From a bacterium (GTDB taxonomy: Archaea > Thermoplasmatota > Thermoplasmata > Thermoplasmatales > Thermoplasmataceae): DNA of 64,000 nt. Position numbers and translations under genes: made by a program. The notes under the pieces were generated by a model. It saw only the letters and a program-made list of their open reading frames with translations, was not told where the DNA came from and did no database searches. The DNA lies in assembly GCA_027368075.1 (NCBI GenBank), contig DAICSO010000002.1:10620-74619 (forward strand), in the 5' to 3' direction. This document shows, one piece after another, positions 60,643 to 64,000 of the stretch; the stretch's first letter is position 1, and each line of letters begins with the position of its first letter.

Positions 60643-61560
60643 TTACAGGTACTTCAGTTCAAAAAGCGTAAGCTTTTCATCTGGAAACTGCAGCCTCGTA
60701 CTGTTTGCCACTCGCAAATGATCATCAAGATTAGATACCGGAAGAATCGTATCAAGAAAAATGCTTGAACGCGAAAATTTTTGAGTCCTTGAAATGACGG
60801 GGATCGGAAATTCTATGGCGAGTTTTGAATAAAAATCCAGCATTGGCCACGTTAAGGGGGAGGCCATGATTCTGTCTTTTCTGGATATTTCAGAAAATCC
60901 TCTTAGATCAACATCGGTTTGACCCCCTTCCATGTAAAATAATGAGCCTACACCAGAATTATCTGTCTGGAACCGAGCCTCTCTTTCCCAGATATAATCA
61001 ACAGCATTTCCCAGACTAAGCGCGGTGGGCTGAGAAACTTCGGCGATAAACCTGGTGTAACAGAGCGGTGTTTTCTGACTTATAAAATTAATCAGCGAAA
61101 CCAACCCGTTGCTTTTCGTAATTACCAAATTTTCAAATTCCACGTTATTCTCAGTGAGGCCCATAATCACATCTGAAACTTTTTCCATTTGAGAACTGTG
61201 AAACCTAAAATTGAAATTTACCATATTGCCCTCCAGGTAGCTGTAATTCAATACTAGAGACTCCACATCCATAAGGTGTTTCATGATGGAAATACGTGGT
61301 GCAGCTTCTGTCCCCCTGAAGATTATCCAGACATCGCCCTTTCTCCTGGCACCCATACCTTCCAGAAACATTCTCATTTCATTCGTAACTGTTTCCGATA
61401 CCGGAATAATGTAGTATAATTCAAACGTCTCATTCCTGAAAATCCAGTTAGAAAGTGAAAAAATATAGAATTTTTCGGCCAACGAAGCAAGCGGATTCTT
61501 TGAGGACATAGAAAAGGATAACTCCATGTCGAGTTTTTTATCTATTTCCTCTACTATCAT
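60643..61560 (-). CDS. Hypothetical protein, paralogue 4 of the 'FHSS/TxNPV' family
   Basis: LDME, ELYYIIP, FL..MGA...W, FRFHSSQ...VSD, KSNGL, WER, ISRKD, FPD. Start placed at ATG 61560. Confidence 0.8.
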   Translation of the reverse strand: MIVEEIDKKLDMELSFSMSSKNPLASLAEKFYIFSLSNWIFRNETFELYYIIPVSETVTNEMRMFLEGMGARRKGDVWIIFRGTEAAPRISIMKHLMDVESLVLNYSYLEGNMVNFNFRFHSSQMEKVSDVIMGLTENNVEFENLVITKSNGLVSLINFISQKTPLCYTRFIAEVSQPTALSLGNAVDYIWEREARFQTDNSGVGSLFYMEGGQTDVDLRGFSEISRKDRIMASPLTWPMLDFYSKLAIEFPIPVISRTQKFSRSSIFLDTILPVSNLDDHLRVANSTRLQFPDEKLTLFELKYL

Positions 61561-61712
61561 AATTGCATTACTTTTACATTGTATATATTTCTTTCCAAGA
61601 GAAAATGCCTGATAAAATTCAAAGCCCAAAATATGGGTCTGCTATAAAGGTGATTCGCACTATGCACAAAGCATACTAAATATTTATCTATAAAAATTGA
61701 TCTGTTGCTACA

Positions 61713-62060
61713 ATGGACATAAATCAGAACGCGACACTGGAGTACTTTAAGGAAAAATTTAATTTATGGAGCTCTGAAAGCGGGAGTCTTAGGAAATATA
61801 TTCCCTTAATAGGCGGGAAGAAAAAAATAATTAAAGAATTGGATAAAGACGCAGAAATGCTGAGAACCAGCGTCTGCCCTTACATAAAGCAGGCCGGATA
61901 TCTGCAGGCAAAATCAACGCTGCTACAGGCTGCTGAAGGTCTCACAGGAAACGAGTTAAATTTTCCCGTAGTGGGAGTCATTGACCTGGTTCTAGGAGCA
62001 TTGCTCGATGCGTGTGGTTATGTTAAGCGTGGGGACAGCCTGTTGGAGGCAGACCTCTAA
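61713..62060 (+). CDS. Hypothetical helical protein (115 aa)
   Basis: Standalone ORF with TTTATCTATA TATA-like box upstream; no recognised motif. Confidence 0.6.
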   Translation: MDINQNATLEYFKEKFNLWSSESGSLRKYIPLIGGKKKIIKELDKDAEMLRTSVCPYIKQAGYLQAKSTLLQAAEGLTGNELNFPVVGVIDLVLGALLDACGYVKRGDSLLEADL

Positions 62061-62188
62061 CTCCTTCCCCACTATAGCGCTTTAGTTTTCATTGGAAAAG
62101 CGTATATTCTCTGGCATATTGGGAAAAAAATTTGTCACCCTGATGAAAATTCGAATAAGTAGTAATGTTCCACACTACCCGAAATCAG

Positions 62189-62262
62189 TGGGGCTGGCCG
62201 GGTTTGAACCGACGGCCACCTGGTTATGAGCCAGGCGCTCTACCTGGCTGAGCTACAGCCCC
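62189..62262 (-). tRNA. tRNA with CAT anticodon, probably tRNA-Ile2 (agmatidine) rather than Met
   Basis: GGGGCTG acceptor stem, CCTGG-CT-CAT-AA-CCAGG. Lacks the initiator A1-U72 pair and has no intron; tandem with tRNA-Asn. Confidence 0.85.
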
Positions 62263-62264
62263 AA

Positions 62265-62337
62265 CGCCGCTGGTCGGATTTGAACCGACGACCGCTCGGT
62301 TAACAGCCGAGTGCTCTACCTGCTGAGCTACGGCGGC
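62265..62337 (-). tRNA. tRNA-Asn(GTT)
   Basis: CTCGG-CT-GTT-AA-CCGAG anticodon arm, GGTTCAAATCC, G73. Confidence 0.93.
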
Positions 62338-62453
62338 AAGACAACTATGGTTAAGAGATTTCTTACTTTTAATCTTTTCGCAGTATGGCTGTTTCTCGAA
62401 AAAACTTAGACAAGGTCTGCGGTCAACAAATTAATGGAGTCAACGCTATGGAT

Positions 62454-63503
<1,050 letters not shown>

Positions 63504-63989
63504 CTACTGGCTTTCGATAAGTTCAATCTTGAACCCTTTTATCTGCAATATGCTAGATCTCTTAACAATGCCCCTGAGGAGTGTCTGCGATATACCGAGT
63601 TTTTCAGCCACCTCACCCATGAATACGCCTTCCCCACCAACCATCATTCCTTTTATTCCCTCTTCATATTTCTCCAGATCGACGTCTGAAAATGTGGTCG
63701 CGTAGATTATGTCTGCCAGTTCGCCCATGGATCCTAGAAGATTGATCTGCACGCTGGTATAATAAGTATGATATGCCTTTTCTGGGCCCTTTTCACTGGT
63801 TATCCACTGGCTTTCAATGAGCTTTATCTTATCTAGATAGAGGAGTGCTTTCTTGCCGAGTGTACCATATTTCTCGTCTATCTGCGGCATGGTCACCCAG
63901 CTAGATGCCAGATCAAGAAGGAGCCTCCTTTTCACATCAGTGTCGGCAGCATGGAAAATTGATACTAACTCACCTATGTCGTTTACCAC
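63504..63989 (-). CDS. ArsR-like winged-helix protein (COG4860-like)
   Basis: LIESQW......PEKAYHT.Y..VQIN pattern and C-terminal HTH-like EVAEKLGISQTLLRGIVKRS. Confidence 0.7.
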   Translation of the reverse strand: MVNDIGELVSIFHAADTDVKRRLLLDLASSWVTMPQIDEKYGTLGKKALLYLDKIKLIESQWITSEKGPEKAYHTYYTSVQINLLGSMGELADIIYATTFSDVDLEKYEEGIKGMMVGGEGVFMGEVAEKLGISQTLLRGIVKRSSILQIKGFKIELIESQ

Positions 63990-64000
63990 CTTTATTCTGC

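Overview
Archaeal chromosomal segment, very probably Thermoplasmatales. Indicators are aTrm56 fused to an HD domain, a single-OB SSB, tetraether synthase Tes, fibrillarin, aMBF1, LonB, intronless tRNAs without encoded CCA, and TATA boxes about 25 nt upstream of starts. Most of the window is housekeeping or metabolic: ilvE, aroC, alaS, leuS, lig, truA, elp3, pyrD/pyrK, malic enzyme, kdpFABC and six tRNAs. Elements missed by the ORF track and found by hand: kdpF (46841-46930), a 46-aa CxxC...C...H zinc-finger microprotein (58862-59002, minus), and a second transposase remnant fused head-to-head to a degraded IS630. The best candidate for an undescribed system is 54.6-62.1 kb. It holds three of four paralogues of an unrecognised ~300-aa family (the fourth is at 41.8 kb), a catalytically degenerate STAND-NTPase/wHTH/TPR protein transcribed divergently from one paralogue, a coupled Cys-rich small ORF, and the zinc-finger microprotein. 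Other oddities are a site-2 pseudo-protease, a stop codon overlapping G1 of a tRNA, a DUF364 + BtrK-like decarboxylase pair, and an orphan DNA methyltransferase. All calls come from motif recognition by eye; no database searches were run.
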